Source: Catajapyx aquilonaris (Eukaryota). From it: 64,000 bases of DNA. The DNA is taken from the NCBI GenBank assembly GCA_000934665.2, contig JYFJ02000131.1:62001-126000 (forward strand). The letters run 5' to 3'. Position 1 is the stretch's first letter. The number at the start of each line of letters is the position of its first letter. Below the pieces are notes generated by a model. It was not told the DNA's origin, searched no databases, and saw nothing but the letters and a program-made list of their open reading frames with translations. The translations under genes and the position numbers were made by a program. Positions 38,701 to 51,600 of this stretch are shown here, in pieces.

Positions 38701-41700
38701 AAAATCTCCTTGTGCAGAAGGTTTTGGGAGGGAAAGGAATAGCCCGGACCAATCTCCGTGTACCAATATAAATCTGCTGCTTTTCGATTTATGATGTCAA
38801 AAGAGAGTCCTTTGATCACAGGCAAGGACGAATTTATTCAAACTCCATACGTCGTCACAGAGGCCGTGTATGTGCAACGATAAGTGACATTCGGACAGGA
38901 TATATTCAGCATTTGCATTTTTATGGTCCTGCGAGAGTTCAAATGACAGAAAAGTACAAATTCCTGGCAGCACTAAAAGACAAGAGACTGCTTTCAAGAA
39001 GGTAGTGAAGGAGACGACGACTTTGCCATATTCCTTTGATTTACGTGGCGTGAGGAAATTTTCCTTCTTTTCTCGAGCCTTAAGCGCTGAGGAAGAAGAT
39101 TCTGCCAGTCCTTTTAAGAGTGAATCCGGCAGAAAGTCTGTGTCTGTTTCAAGATCCTGCGACATCCCTGATTACTTTTCGCAGTTGGACCAACGCAAAT
39201 GTAGAGCAAAAAAAAGGGCAAGAGAATAAAGACTAGAGTTCTGGTTCAGATTACTTGTGAACCAAATTTGTAAGAAGCCGAAGGGATTCTCTGAGTTCGG
39301 ATAATTTCCTGCAGAGACCTCGATGTGTAATCAATCAAGCTCTCCCAAGATTTCCCATTCGATCCGATAGTTTAATCTCCTCGGCTAAACCACTCTTGCT
39401 TCTGGGAACAAAAATAATGCCCCTTTTTTGTTTGCTAGTTCAACAGGAGAGAGAGAGAGCTGAAAAATGCAGGATTATGAACTGCTTTAAAATGAATTAG
39501 GGCGGAAGAGCCAAGGCTAACTCAGTTAGACCTCCAGAAAATATAGGAACCATTTTTTTATTGAGAACGTTCTGAACTTCCACTTTGTAGCAGAGCATAA
39601 AAGAGAAAGGTCACGAGTACAAATTAAATTGTGAGTTATGTGATGCAGCACTCAAGGAAGATAAAACTTATGTGGTGACTTTTTTGCTCAGATATGTAGC
39701 AATTTGGACAGTTGTTTCCATCGGATATCTTCAGCCAGAAGGATGCCCTTTTAAATTCAGCGAGTCAGGAAATTGCGTACACCTTCATGCTATTACACGC
39801 CAACTTTATTTAATGGTTGCGTGCCTGCGTCCAAAACAAGTTTCCTCAGCCATCCAATTAAACCGAGACCTCATTCCCATGTATCAGCCACGCAGCACCA
39901 GAGACTAATATACATGTATACAACCCACCCCCGTATTTTCCGGAGCCATACCGACACAGCAAAAAAAGTTTACTTAATTTCCCCAGATGGCACGGGACAT
40001 ACCAAAGGGCGTGAGGTATTTTTCAAAACTCAAGGGGGGGGGGGGAATGGAGGGGGGTAAAAACACTGGGAAAATGAGTCTTTTTGGCATGTGTTTCAGC
40101 ATTCCTGGTCCGTGCTCAGACTTCCCCGTCACACGATGGAATGCGAATCGAATAAGCCCTAATGAGAGAGACCCCCTTGGTGCCTTTTGGACGTGGAATG
40201 GCTGATGGGCAAGGGTCTGTCTATATGACTGTATACCACAGAGAATGGAGACCCATGGGACCTCTTTTCGGATTCACACTCCTGTCTCACAATATTCCCA
40301 GGTCCTAAAGCACAGCCATTTCCCGCCAAGAGTGTTGAGACCTGCCGGGGATCTAATAAATCATTTTGCGATTTCCAGACGTTGTTGAGCGATTACTTGA
40401 ACATACAAGGAACATATTCCAATATTTATATTAAACCAAAGGCATGAGCACAACAACTTGTTTATAACCTGCTGGAGCTTGAAACGATGTTAACATATTT
40501 ATCACAGACAGTGAAGTTTGTCTTCATATACTATACTAAACGAAATAAGGGCCAGAAGATAAATTAGTGATTCCTTCAATTTTTGTTAATTAACTCGGGT
40601 TTTATTCCTTATTGATGACTCTTCTTTGTTTAGGAAAATTCTATAGTGTTTTGTTAGAGAAAAATCAATCGGAAATTGCATTTATTGGCACCATGCGCCT
40701 TTGTGTTCAGACGTTACTTTGAAGGCAAATATGTTGGTTTTCTTGCCATGTAAACGCGTAGCATGTGCAATGTGCATACTTCAACTGCATACTTTCTGGA
40801 ATGAGATATTAAATGACTTAGGCCAATCAGATGCATATATTTACCTGGCAGAATTTGATATTTCCGCAGAAGGTTGAACATCATTATTTAGACCCCATTT
40901 TTGGAATCAAAAGTGGGCGTCCATCAGAGAAAATGCATAATTATGAAAGTGTATATTTCTAAATTATACATACTGACCTAATATTTTGCGCAAGTAAATT
41001 AACAGTGCACTGAACATGTACCGTACTGTACTACCGAAAAATGTGAGAGCTGACACCTGTAATTTTTGTGTGTGCATATCATGCAGGTTCCTCTACTTGC
41101 GAATTGCGATAACTTACATTCCTCAGGTGTAGCAAATGAGGCATGTTCCTTGGGTAGAAATATTCAAACGGATGCATTCAAGCCAATAATGAGCCTATAT
41201 TTTTACTACAATAGGTACGCCGACTCGGGCATACACATTTGAGGTAGTCTATAATGTCAAAGTTCGATAGGCTGCGTGCATTTTGTCCTTATCACATCGG
41301 CTTATCCGTATATACCGCCTGCTGCACTGCCTATATGCAAGACCTGTTGATAGCTGAATGTGCAGCCCATGAAAAGGACCGGGATTATAGCTATCAGGTC
41401 ACCGATGCGATCCCGCTCTGTCAAACTGAAACTCCTCCATTATAATAACACTGTACTAGCATTAGTCATACAACCTCGGCCTACTTTTATGCGCACCCAA
41501 TATCAATCAAGGTGTCTCTAAAGAGAGAAATATTTTGTAATGACGGAGAAATCACAATGTTCTGATTAAAATAGGCTTTTAACAATCCAATGCTGTGACA
41601 TCCATGCAGTACATTGCAAGGCAAGTACCACAACAATGAGCAATGTTATCATCATAAAAGAATAGCCATTAGCGACAGTAATGTTTGCCCTCGTTATTCA

Positions 41701-41860
41701 GTCATTTTAACAAGACCAGCCTGCAATCGGTATATACGACACAGTGTTAATGAGGGCCCGTGGCTATCCATTACATTACGTACCCCATTCATTACTACAT
41801 CTGGCTGGGTATCAAAAGAATGCCTTCACATTTCGCTACCACTTGGGATAGCAATGCTTT

Positions 41861-41868
41861 TGACGTCA
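41861..41868. promoter_or_regulatory. Full CRE palindrome
   Basis: TGACGTCA. Confidence 0.4.
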
Positions 41869-44800
41869 GGCCACAAAGCAATGACGATCACCACTTTTGG
41901 ATCAGACCTACAAACTAAACAAAAATTCGAGGGGAAAAAATGGGCAACAATTTGCACTGTACAAGGATATTTTTCGAATTATTCTTGACCTTTTCATGCG
42001 ACAAAATACGGAAAATGCAGCACAAACCCTGCTCCAAAGATTAGAAGTGAAAAAATTTCAGAATAACGACCAAAAGTCACTACGACTTACAGAATAAGGC
42101 AATAAATTGTAAGTCCCATTCCGTTTGGCCTTCCAACTCTCTCAGGCGGACTCCTATATACATCGGTCATTTCCAACATTTATAAACGATGGCACCCCAA
42201 CTATATTTCTCCAATAGCAATTTATTTCATCCTGAAAAAAGTTGGACGCCAGACTTCTTTTTTTTTTGCCGCATCCTATATATTGATCCCATCTAGAACA
42301 AAAGGATCGGTGGGGATTACTAATTTGGGAGATTCTGACTTCACAACACATTTTACGAGGCAAATACAGGGTAATAAGTCAGTATTGATTTGCACCAGTT
42401 TCAGTGCTGGTTTTACTGCCAGTTTCCAGTAGCAACAAGTAGCACATCCTCAAGATTTATGGCTCCTCTTTCGAATAGTTGGCCTAAACGATTCTGCAGT
42501 GTAAAAGCAAAAACCATTCAAACATGTATACTCAGTACACGAAAAAAGCGTGGCTGGATGCCGGGCACACACAAAAGCAGAAAACCCAATACAAGCTTGT
42601 AGCTTTGCACACAAATAGTCTTCTCTTGATGCAATTCACATGCTGTTTAACTATCCTGCATACGAAAAAATAGTAACTTAATTATGGAAGTTGTACCATG
42701 CATTCAACACACGTTCTTTGCGCCCCGGAGTGTTACAATATACAGTATGATACACTGCCTGGCGAGAACTAATAGTTACAGTTGCATTAGCAAAATATGG
42801 CTCCGGGCATGCATAAAATTCAGAGCAGAACGTTAAAAAGAATTGCTGGGCCTCAATAAAGTGCTTCTGTATCCTGTACTTATAACGGTTATGAATTTTA
42901 ATCTTTCTTTCGACCCGGTTATGCTGCAAAGTCGTCGTTCTATTAATAAGGAGCCTATGTATAGAAGTAGCTGTGTAAACAAAAGATTGTGAAGGAACTG
43001 GCTGGCAGATAGAAAACTTTCAGGCCCACCTTGTACAGAGTGTAAGCCACTCTCATCGCCTAACTCGCTGAAATCCAGGTGAAGGGTTTCCTGGGGACTC
43101 CAATCACGTTACCTTCCATCATCTCGAAATCCTTTTCACACAGAAACAGTATCACGAACCTCAGGAGGTCCGACATCGCAAAAACCAAAGAATGAACTGT
43201 GTTATAACCAACAAAACCTGCTGACCATTGGGCAGTGTTTTTGTGTCATAGTACTATAGAAAAATAGATGGCGGCTTGTAAGGAGTCCCGAGATGAGTCT
43301 TTGCCGTTTGAAAAGATGCCAACTGTTGTTGCGAACATCTGCCAGAAATTGGCAGTCTCTTGCAATTTTTTTTCCTTTTTTTCTGGCTGAGTAAAGTAAC
43401 AGGCCGAGTCGATAAACCCACTCAGCAAGAACTATCCTGTTCTTAAAACGTCAACAACCCGCGGGAATCCCACGGAAATAGCTCCAGATCTATAACACCA
43501 ATGTTAACCTATTGCTAGAAATCGATTCCCAAACCGAATCCGATTTCCCACGCCTTTTTACCTTTCTCTGAAACTGTTCCATATCGTCATCAATTTTTTA
43601 ACTAAGAAATATGAGCGTGTTTTTGCACCCGACTTATAAACCACTTAAACATGAGCAATAAAAGCAAGATGTACTACTTTCGCGCTATTAGTTACAGAGG
43701 CTAAAAACACACTTCCGCTACAAAGCTGTATAAGATAAAAGGCCAAGGTTGCTCCAGCTATCTTTGGGGTTCTGCTATATTCCACGGGTGTAACAACTGT
43801 CAACAGTGTTTTACTTTCCACTTCACATTCAGGCCCGTAAATTATTCGCTCACAAATTATTTTGTACTACTCCAAGATATAATGTAGCATATGCAGCACA
43901 TTGCCAAGAAAATTCAGTGTGAAGATGCGTATAAGATACATTGCACTGCTTGACACATTTATGGTGGTTGTGTTGGCGGAACATATGCACGTAAATTCTC
44001 CAAATTCTGACTATGAAATTTATAAAAAATGACGCAAAATTGCATAGACTGGTTGTACAGGATTTTTCGGACCACCCTGTATGTTTAAAGCTCTATAAAT
44101 AGTTATCAGGATATTTCATGCAGCAGTATCATCCAATTTGCTAGGTGCTTATGGTGGGAATGGGAACAGACAAAATATTGTTACAGGCTTGTAGGATGCT
44201 TCCAACCGCGTGTCTATAAATGGTTTATCGATGCCATGAGGCACAACAAAACACTAATAAAATTTTCACTACCCCATAATTACAATACCACTTTTGTTAT
44301 TTTTAACGTTATTGCATTAACCTCACCACCAGAGATTTTATTGCGTTGTAATTCGGCAACTCATGTCCAGCCCATTTCAGTTGCATAAACTCATTTTATT
44401 CAGCAAGTGCAATTTACTTTGCAGTTATGTGCAAATAAAAGTGCGACCAGCTTTTTTCTTATTAAGGTAAACATTATCGCTTTTACTCAAACTTTTTTGC
44501 AGTAGACCCGGGTTGGGGCTTCCGCCTTTCATGTCAACAACCTGCAATCCAATTTCGCGTTCTTTTTGGAAATCCTTGGCAGACACTTCCATTCTTTGTC
44601 TCCCCATATCAACTTAGGAGCAGGTGGTGCGGAAGAACAAAAAATTGCGCAAAAAAAACAAGCTAGAAGCGAGTGAAAATTACCTGTCGAGCTTCATTTT
44701 TATGGCCTATTTGGATGAGTACGAAAACTGAAATTGCCAATCAATGCCCTGAGTAAGAATATTTGAAAATCATGCTGCAAAATGGCACACTGCAGTATTT

Positions 44801-47800
44801 GAATTGTATAATAAGTGCTCTGTACAATCCCAATGCTGTTACTTGCAGGTAACTGCAAATCCAGGCCAAAAATACAACTCGTTTATTAAAATTCGCATGT
44901 ACAATCGGGCATATCCTTATGCATAATTAATTATTTATTTTTGCAGCAGGGGGCAATACTGTAAATTGCGCGAACCGGCCATGCAGGTCGTATAGGGCGG
45001 GATAAACGCAATGTTTAACTCGCTGCGAAGTGTAGCGTCTAAAATTGAATCTACGACTCCGCATAATGCAGGCATGGTGGGAATATACCAATTCCCAAAC
45101 ACATTCTCAGCCTGGCTTCCTTTACGACCCAGGCAGGTATATACGGAGGGCTTCTGGCAATTGAGGTCGATATAGCATAGTGCGCAGGTGCATAAATATT
45201 TTAACCTATGATTTGGACGGATATGTGCCCTGCATTATTCTCCATTGTGGCATTAATTAATAGCAAGTAATATCACTAATTCAATGGACATACAGACTAT
45301 CAAGGTCACATTAGGCGTTTGATGTCTTGTAAATTGCACTAATGTGCATCTAATAAAATAATTTTAACTGCCTCACATTAAACCTAATATGAAGCTTCCT
45401 CTTGCATTTTACAGTGCACATAAAATCGATATACGAGTGCTTATCTTATAGTCTCGACCTTCATCCACAGGAAAAAGCTAGAGGTAGGCAAACTTAGTTT
45501 GAAAATAAAGTGTGCGCAACAAAGTAACAACAGGATATGTGATTTTACTTTCATATCGAATAGGTTGTATGTCCCAAAGGTAATAAGCAGTGCGATGCAG
45601 TGTGTGACTATTAGCCTACACCCTACATATATATATACGTAACGTCTGCGGGGCGAACATGGCTACTCCCACAGGACGCTTTGTCAAAAATAATCGGGCG
45701 GACTTTATGTCCCAACGGACACCCGGTTTTGGAGAATGTCAGTACCGTAACTTAATTAGGCACCATCCATTTTTGTCAAATTTTAGCATCAACATTGAAG
45801 CTCGGTCTGTGTGATTTAGTGGCTGGGATAGTTAATGCTGTGAAGGCAGCCCTAATGGTCGTGTCAAATGAATGGTTCCAACAGTGCAAGAGATAGGGAA
45901 AATGTCACAAATAACAGAGTGAAACACTATACAAGTTTCATGTAACAAAAATATCTCTTTAGGCTATACGTGCAATGGCGATTCAGAGAAAAAAACACTT
46001 CTTTTATAGTAGTAATGGAGTGGTTCGCTCAATTTTCTCTGCAGGTTTGGAACAAATTCCATGGAGAGTTACCTCTAAAACATTAAGGTTTGTGCAGAAT
46101 CGTTGGTCTATCGTTGCTAAATGTTTCATTTCACTTCACGTCTTCCCCTGGAGAGACATACATCGGGAATTGAATAATTTGCTGCGAGAACTATCCTCTT
46201 AGTAATACACTATTGCAGCACTTGACATTGACCATATGACACGGAGGTCTTATTGACAATTTGTTGGCTAAACAACTAAGTGTGTATGAATTGGATGATA
46301 TAGTGATTTGCTCTTGTCAGACAACTCCTCATCAGCTCTAATATTAAAGCAAATGTCTCAAACCATACACACTCACAAGTGAATTGACTAATAGGACATC
46401 GACCGTATAAAACCTGATGAGAGCACAGTGGTTTCCTTTGTACGCAAAAAAAAGAGAGGATATTTTAGGATGGAACAAATTGCGGGCGAATCGGCATCCT
46501 GTCTATCGGAGTTCAAAGCTCGCAGAAAAGGTTAACGAGGTATAACAGCCCTCAATTCGCCGAATGCATGTGTAATTCGTCGAAAAACATGGCGTAATGG
46601 TGCATAATGGCTTAACCCAAGCAGCATCAGGACTCGCACAACCGACTTCTTGTGCTGCTCTGAATAACATAAGGGGACCTTTGCAGCTCACAAAAATACA
46701 TTCAAGAAAATAAACAAGGATTTCTGTCCTCTTCAGGACGTCTCGGATTTTAAAAATGATGATTTCAAAGGAAACTTTGTAACATGTCCAAAAGGTCCTC
46801 TAAATTACCTTCTCGCTGGTATAAATGCATCTTCTCCTCAAGGTCTCTCTATTTTTTCCTGCAGACCTTTCAAAATGTAGGTTTGATTTGCAAAATATAG
46901 AACCTGGCCTAGGTAATTAGTAACTCTCTACAATAGCGAGAGAGTTCATTTTCTCAGTGTTAGTTAGGAGGATTGTTCAAGTAGCTGAATCCCTGCCAAA
47001 ATAATTTGTAGTGCGATCTTTGTGCGAGCTAAAAGTCTACGCTAATTAATCCGCCAGATATATGAAGTGATCCTGAGGGCTTGTGGATTATATGTTGGGG
47101 GGAAGGGGGGGGGGTACTGGAGAGCAACTTGAGTGAATTCATTAGGGAGATTACATCGTCATCACTTCTTTCCTATATATATACCTTTCGTCAGCCTTGG
47201 ATTAGTTTCCGATACCAACATGGTCTTCACCCACTAATCTTTTGCTATTGAAAATACGGTGAATAGGTATTGATTCCCTGGTGTGACATAACAAGGCCAG
47301 AATTTGTTCTAAAGTAAAAGCATGGTCGGACTCACCCGAATTCCTGACACTATAATAAACTACCGACACTTGGCATTTCGCCAGTAATTATTTAATGGCC
47401 ATGCAAACGCAGCCAGTTCCACTGTTAAATTTTTTTGTCTGTGTGCATTGCCGGCAATGCATGGCACAGTCACGCATGATTTATTGCATTCCCCAACCAC
47501 ACAAAATTAGGCAGCTCACAATGACAGTTCCAGTCTACCGTACATCAGTCCTTCCGAAATTGACCACCATCTGCATTTTTCATACCCTCGCCCAGTAAAA
47601 CGACCTCTTTAGCTCCCAGAGAAAAAAAGTGTGCCACCTACCCTCCATATATAACACAGGCCACGTCTGTCTAGATCCACGGATGTCGCCAAGCTTTATC
47701 CTTAAAAAAAGAACCCCCGAATTCTATCAAACGGAGCAACGACCTCAAACTCCATTTTGTTCCTCCAGATGAATCCGAAGGCACTTCTCCAAAAAGGTTT

Positions 47801-47978
47801 GGAGAAACCCCACGGAAAAGAACCACCCTCATTATTATGCGCTTCCACTTTATATACACTCACTTGAAGGCGGTCTTCTTTGGGTGTAGCCGACAGGAAA
47901 CTGGCAAACGGAGCTCAAGGCACGCACTTTCTTCGCACGTCTCAACACCAGCATCCCACTTCAGGGGTTTAAAGGTCT

Positions 47979-48145
47979 CCGGAAGTAAACAGAGGATATG
48001 GCCAACCTTAATGACTTTCTTCTGTCACTTCCACAGCTAGCTCAAATTATTTCAAATATTAAAAAAAAAACAGCAAGATGGCGATAGCACAGTTGTCTCC
48101 AGCCAATCAAAAGCCGCCCTTGAAACTTTCGTGCGTTTTGATTGG
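47979..48145. promoter_or_regulatory. Promoter-like cluster: ETS/FOX overlap, YY1-like motif, two opposed CCAAT boxes
   Basis: ccggaagtaaaca 47979, caagatggcg 48074, agccaatca 48101, tgattgg 48139. A strong minus-strand donor AA|GTGAGT lies at 47863. Confidence 0.45.
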
Positions 48146-48645
48146 ACCCTGATTTCGACCACAATTTCAGCCAGAACAGTCTCTTGCAAAGCATGTAATG
48201 GGCATGAATTGCACCAATGATATCAGTTGGAGAAGAGGATTCTCTCGGAGTTTCTGTAATTCGTTTGTTTCCGTACAAAGTATGCCTCATAACTTTTACG
48301 TGCTCCGACCACACAACCAAACTTTCCTTTTCCAGCCCCCTTTTCCACTCACTGTACATCGAGGAGGCGGTTCTGAATCAATAGCCGTGTAGGTGCCCTA
48401 CAAACCTCTCTCTGCAGGAGTCGCATGCAACTCGTGCTATTTTCTTCATGGCCCCTCTTTTTTGCTTCTATATTGTTCCAACCTGCCTCTCCACACATTA
48501 AGTACTAATTAATGAACCCCAACTGCCTAGAAACAATTTTGTTATTCGCAACTGCGCACTTTTAAAGTGTAACACACACCAAGATGAAAATCAGGTTCAA
48601 TTGAACCGATCTATACATTGCACTATTAGTAGTAATCGTCGATAT

Positions 48646-48658
48646 AGACCTTTGAACT
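48646..48658 (-). promoter_or_regulatory. DR1-like nuclear-receptor element
   Basis: Minus strand AGTTCA-A-AGGTCT. Confidence 0.3.
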
Positions 48659-51600
48659 TGTCGCGATGGGACTGGGAATAAACATTTCCGACGTGGACCA
48701 TGCTGGCTCGATTATTACTAGGCCCTGGTGGTGTCCTTGCTGACACTGACTGACTTTGAAGTATTATTTGCCCGCTCGGCCATGCGAGGCCTCCGGATCC
48801 AACCGGTCGCGAAATCTGACCCTCGTCCCATTTTATGAAAGTCAGAGCCCTGACCGACCTGGTGGGGTGTAGAAAAAGTTATTAAGTCTTATGGCCGAGG
48901 CGAGATGGAACTTTCGCAATTTTAGGGTGGGATGGACGCAAAAACCACGCGACGATAATCGGCAAGGTTTTCGGAGAAACTACGAATATTAGAGAAGGAA
49001 ATAATATCAAACAGCTACGATTTTCAGTAAATATTTCAGGACAATGTCAATTGGAGAAAACTTGCAGAATTTTGCTTTAAGTAATTTAGAGGGTTATGTT
49101 AATGGCTTTAAGTCGTGTGCATATGCCCACTCGGGCAACAAGTGATACTTTAATATTGCAATATCCAAGCCAGCGTCGTAGACGACCTGCGCGGCGTAAA
49201 TATTGCATATTGAGTCCCGCAATATCATGCCTTGCTAACACTGCAAAATTACAGGCTAAGCTTTTCATCTCGAGTAAACCAACCGTTAAACCACAAGGAC
49301 CATCTGCAACCCTTCCGTTTCATATTTATATTATTCTCAAACTCATTTCTGGCCCAAATATGAATATTGATACCACTCTGAACTTCGATAGTAATGTCGA
49401 ATCTAAAATTTATGAACACTATTCAAATATGGACATTTTGATCGGCCGGATCGTTTCTCAATGCATACCAGTTTAGGGATATAATATCGATTAACGCTAA
49501 CTCAATTAGAATAATTACAGGGGTGCTCTAATGAACCAACTTTTCCATTACATTGCAGTTTGGTTGCTGCGGTTAAGGTTGACTGGATTGGAATAGGTCG
49601 AGGGCAGGATATATGTTGCACGAAACACGATAGCAAAAAATAACCATATTGAAGACCAGAAGACAGGTGTTTTACCTACTCGGACATGACATGAATGGAG
49701 CTCCTGCCTTTCTATTACTGTTCGCTCAACAGTCACAGGATCATTAAAATTTCACGTGCATTTTGCCGGATTCCTCTGCCCACATATCCGACCAGGTTAA
49801 TTGTATAAAAAAATGTGCTGCACCAGACCTCGCATGGTGTAACATCATACCTCTGAATTCGGTTAAACCTTTTTTTTGGAGGAAAAGCACGTTTCTCTGG
49901 CTCGACGTGATGAAATTGCCGGGTGTATAGACGTATATACATGAGAGCCAAATATAGCTGGGTGTATCGCTGTAGTATGAGTATTTTAGGACAACTCCTT
50001 GCGGCGATATAGACGTGTCAAAGGCAAAGGCGTTAAAAATAAGTCGAGCGAAATATTTTTAAAGGGCATTTCCCTTCCACGTGAAATCGGGGAAAAAATA
50101 CAGTTTTCTGGATAATTTTTTGTATGCAAGAGATATGTGCAGTGATTGCACTTAAATACTTGAATAATGTGACGAAGTAAGTGCTGGAGGTAACTCTATA
50201 ATATTGCCATTTTAAATTCATGCAGTGCAGGACATTATAATACTGTAAGATTTTTTAATCAATGATATTGATTTTATGTCAGAATGTCACCTTAAGTTTC
50301 ACTTACAGTTTCGTTACTGTAACTTTCAATTTTTTACACGACAGACTGACGGTTTACCATTATGAAAATATTGCAGAACAGCCTATCTTAGTCAGTAACA
50401 CTCAAATGATTAGACACATATTGAGCTCCCAAGAAACCTTACTTAATATTAAGGCTTGCCTGAATTGTCAATCAAAATGCGCGTGCTTGTGCTCAAAATT
50501 ATTATTCGGATTCAAGGTCATTTATGTGCTACTAGGCACATTCATTTTGACAAAAATGCAACTTAGATATTTGGGAGAAGCAAATTGTACCTGTATATAT
50601 AGAATGCCCACGACAGGTATATGTCATTGCTTAAAATATATATATTGCAAGGGGAATATGAGCAGCAAAATACATGCTGCCACACAATGAGTAATAATAA
50701 ATATTCCTCCTCACCGACATTGTCAACTGTTGTCAAGAGACACAACAATATAATCGTAATAATGCTGTACAATTGCAGGAAGTCGCATATTCTAAATTAA
50801 CCAATCATTTTTCCACCTTGCATATGTGGAGTAATAACTCACACTGACTTGCAGTTTGAGTTTGCCTTATTAGCGCAACAGCATAATAAGAATAACACAT
50901 TCAACCCATTGTTATGCCCGTCCTTCTGACACATTTGTTTAGCTGACACATTTTGCCAAGCTAATAAGGATGTCACCCCAGCAACATCAAGCATGGTGTG
51001 TTCCATCGCAACACAACCGACTTCCACTTAAACCCTACAGCAACAATACATTATTTTTAAATTCTCCGAAATATTGCTCAGCTTATTAATTGGGCTTTCG
51101 TGCATTCTAGCCATTCCCCGATACTATTAATCGGAGGACATTACATCACCACTTGTTACATAACTATATTTTTTGGGTGTGTAAAATATACAGCACAAAA
51201 GTTGACCTTACCCGACATTGGCCAGCGTGTGTCGTCTGGTCCTCAGGTATCTGTTGTGATACCTGTGCAGGTCACTGATACTTCCAGACTCCGCTTGCAT
51301 GGTTTCTTCACGCACTACTTTTAGGCGCTCCACGTTGATTTCGGGTATTGGGGACCACGAAAATTCCAACAAATTCCTCACATCACTCCATCCCCGTCAA
51401 CTCCGGGGACTATTCAGATTCTCTCCAAAGAAAAATTCTACAGATATGTTGCACGACTGTTGGCCCTCATTGATTTTGAATGGGGGGGGTAGGGTCAAGG
51501 GTATGGGGAAAAGGGTACTGAGGGTAAGTGTTTGTGACCAGTATTCCCCCACCTAGATGTGTCACTTATGCGGTCCAGCGGCCATCATTTCTGGGGTTGT

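Noticed and set aside
38797..39165. ORF MSQDLETDTDFLPDSLLKG... with a protein-like start
   Set aside because: No convincing phase-2 donor and no recognised homology; cannot be supported without transcript data.
43113..43176. Short ATG frame ending at a good donor AAG|GTAACG (minus strand)
   Set aside because: Phase 1, no homology and no supporting promoter signal.
44069..44081. Tc1/mariner-like terminal sequence ggaccaccctgta
   Set aside because: No matching partner TIR or transposase remnant was found.
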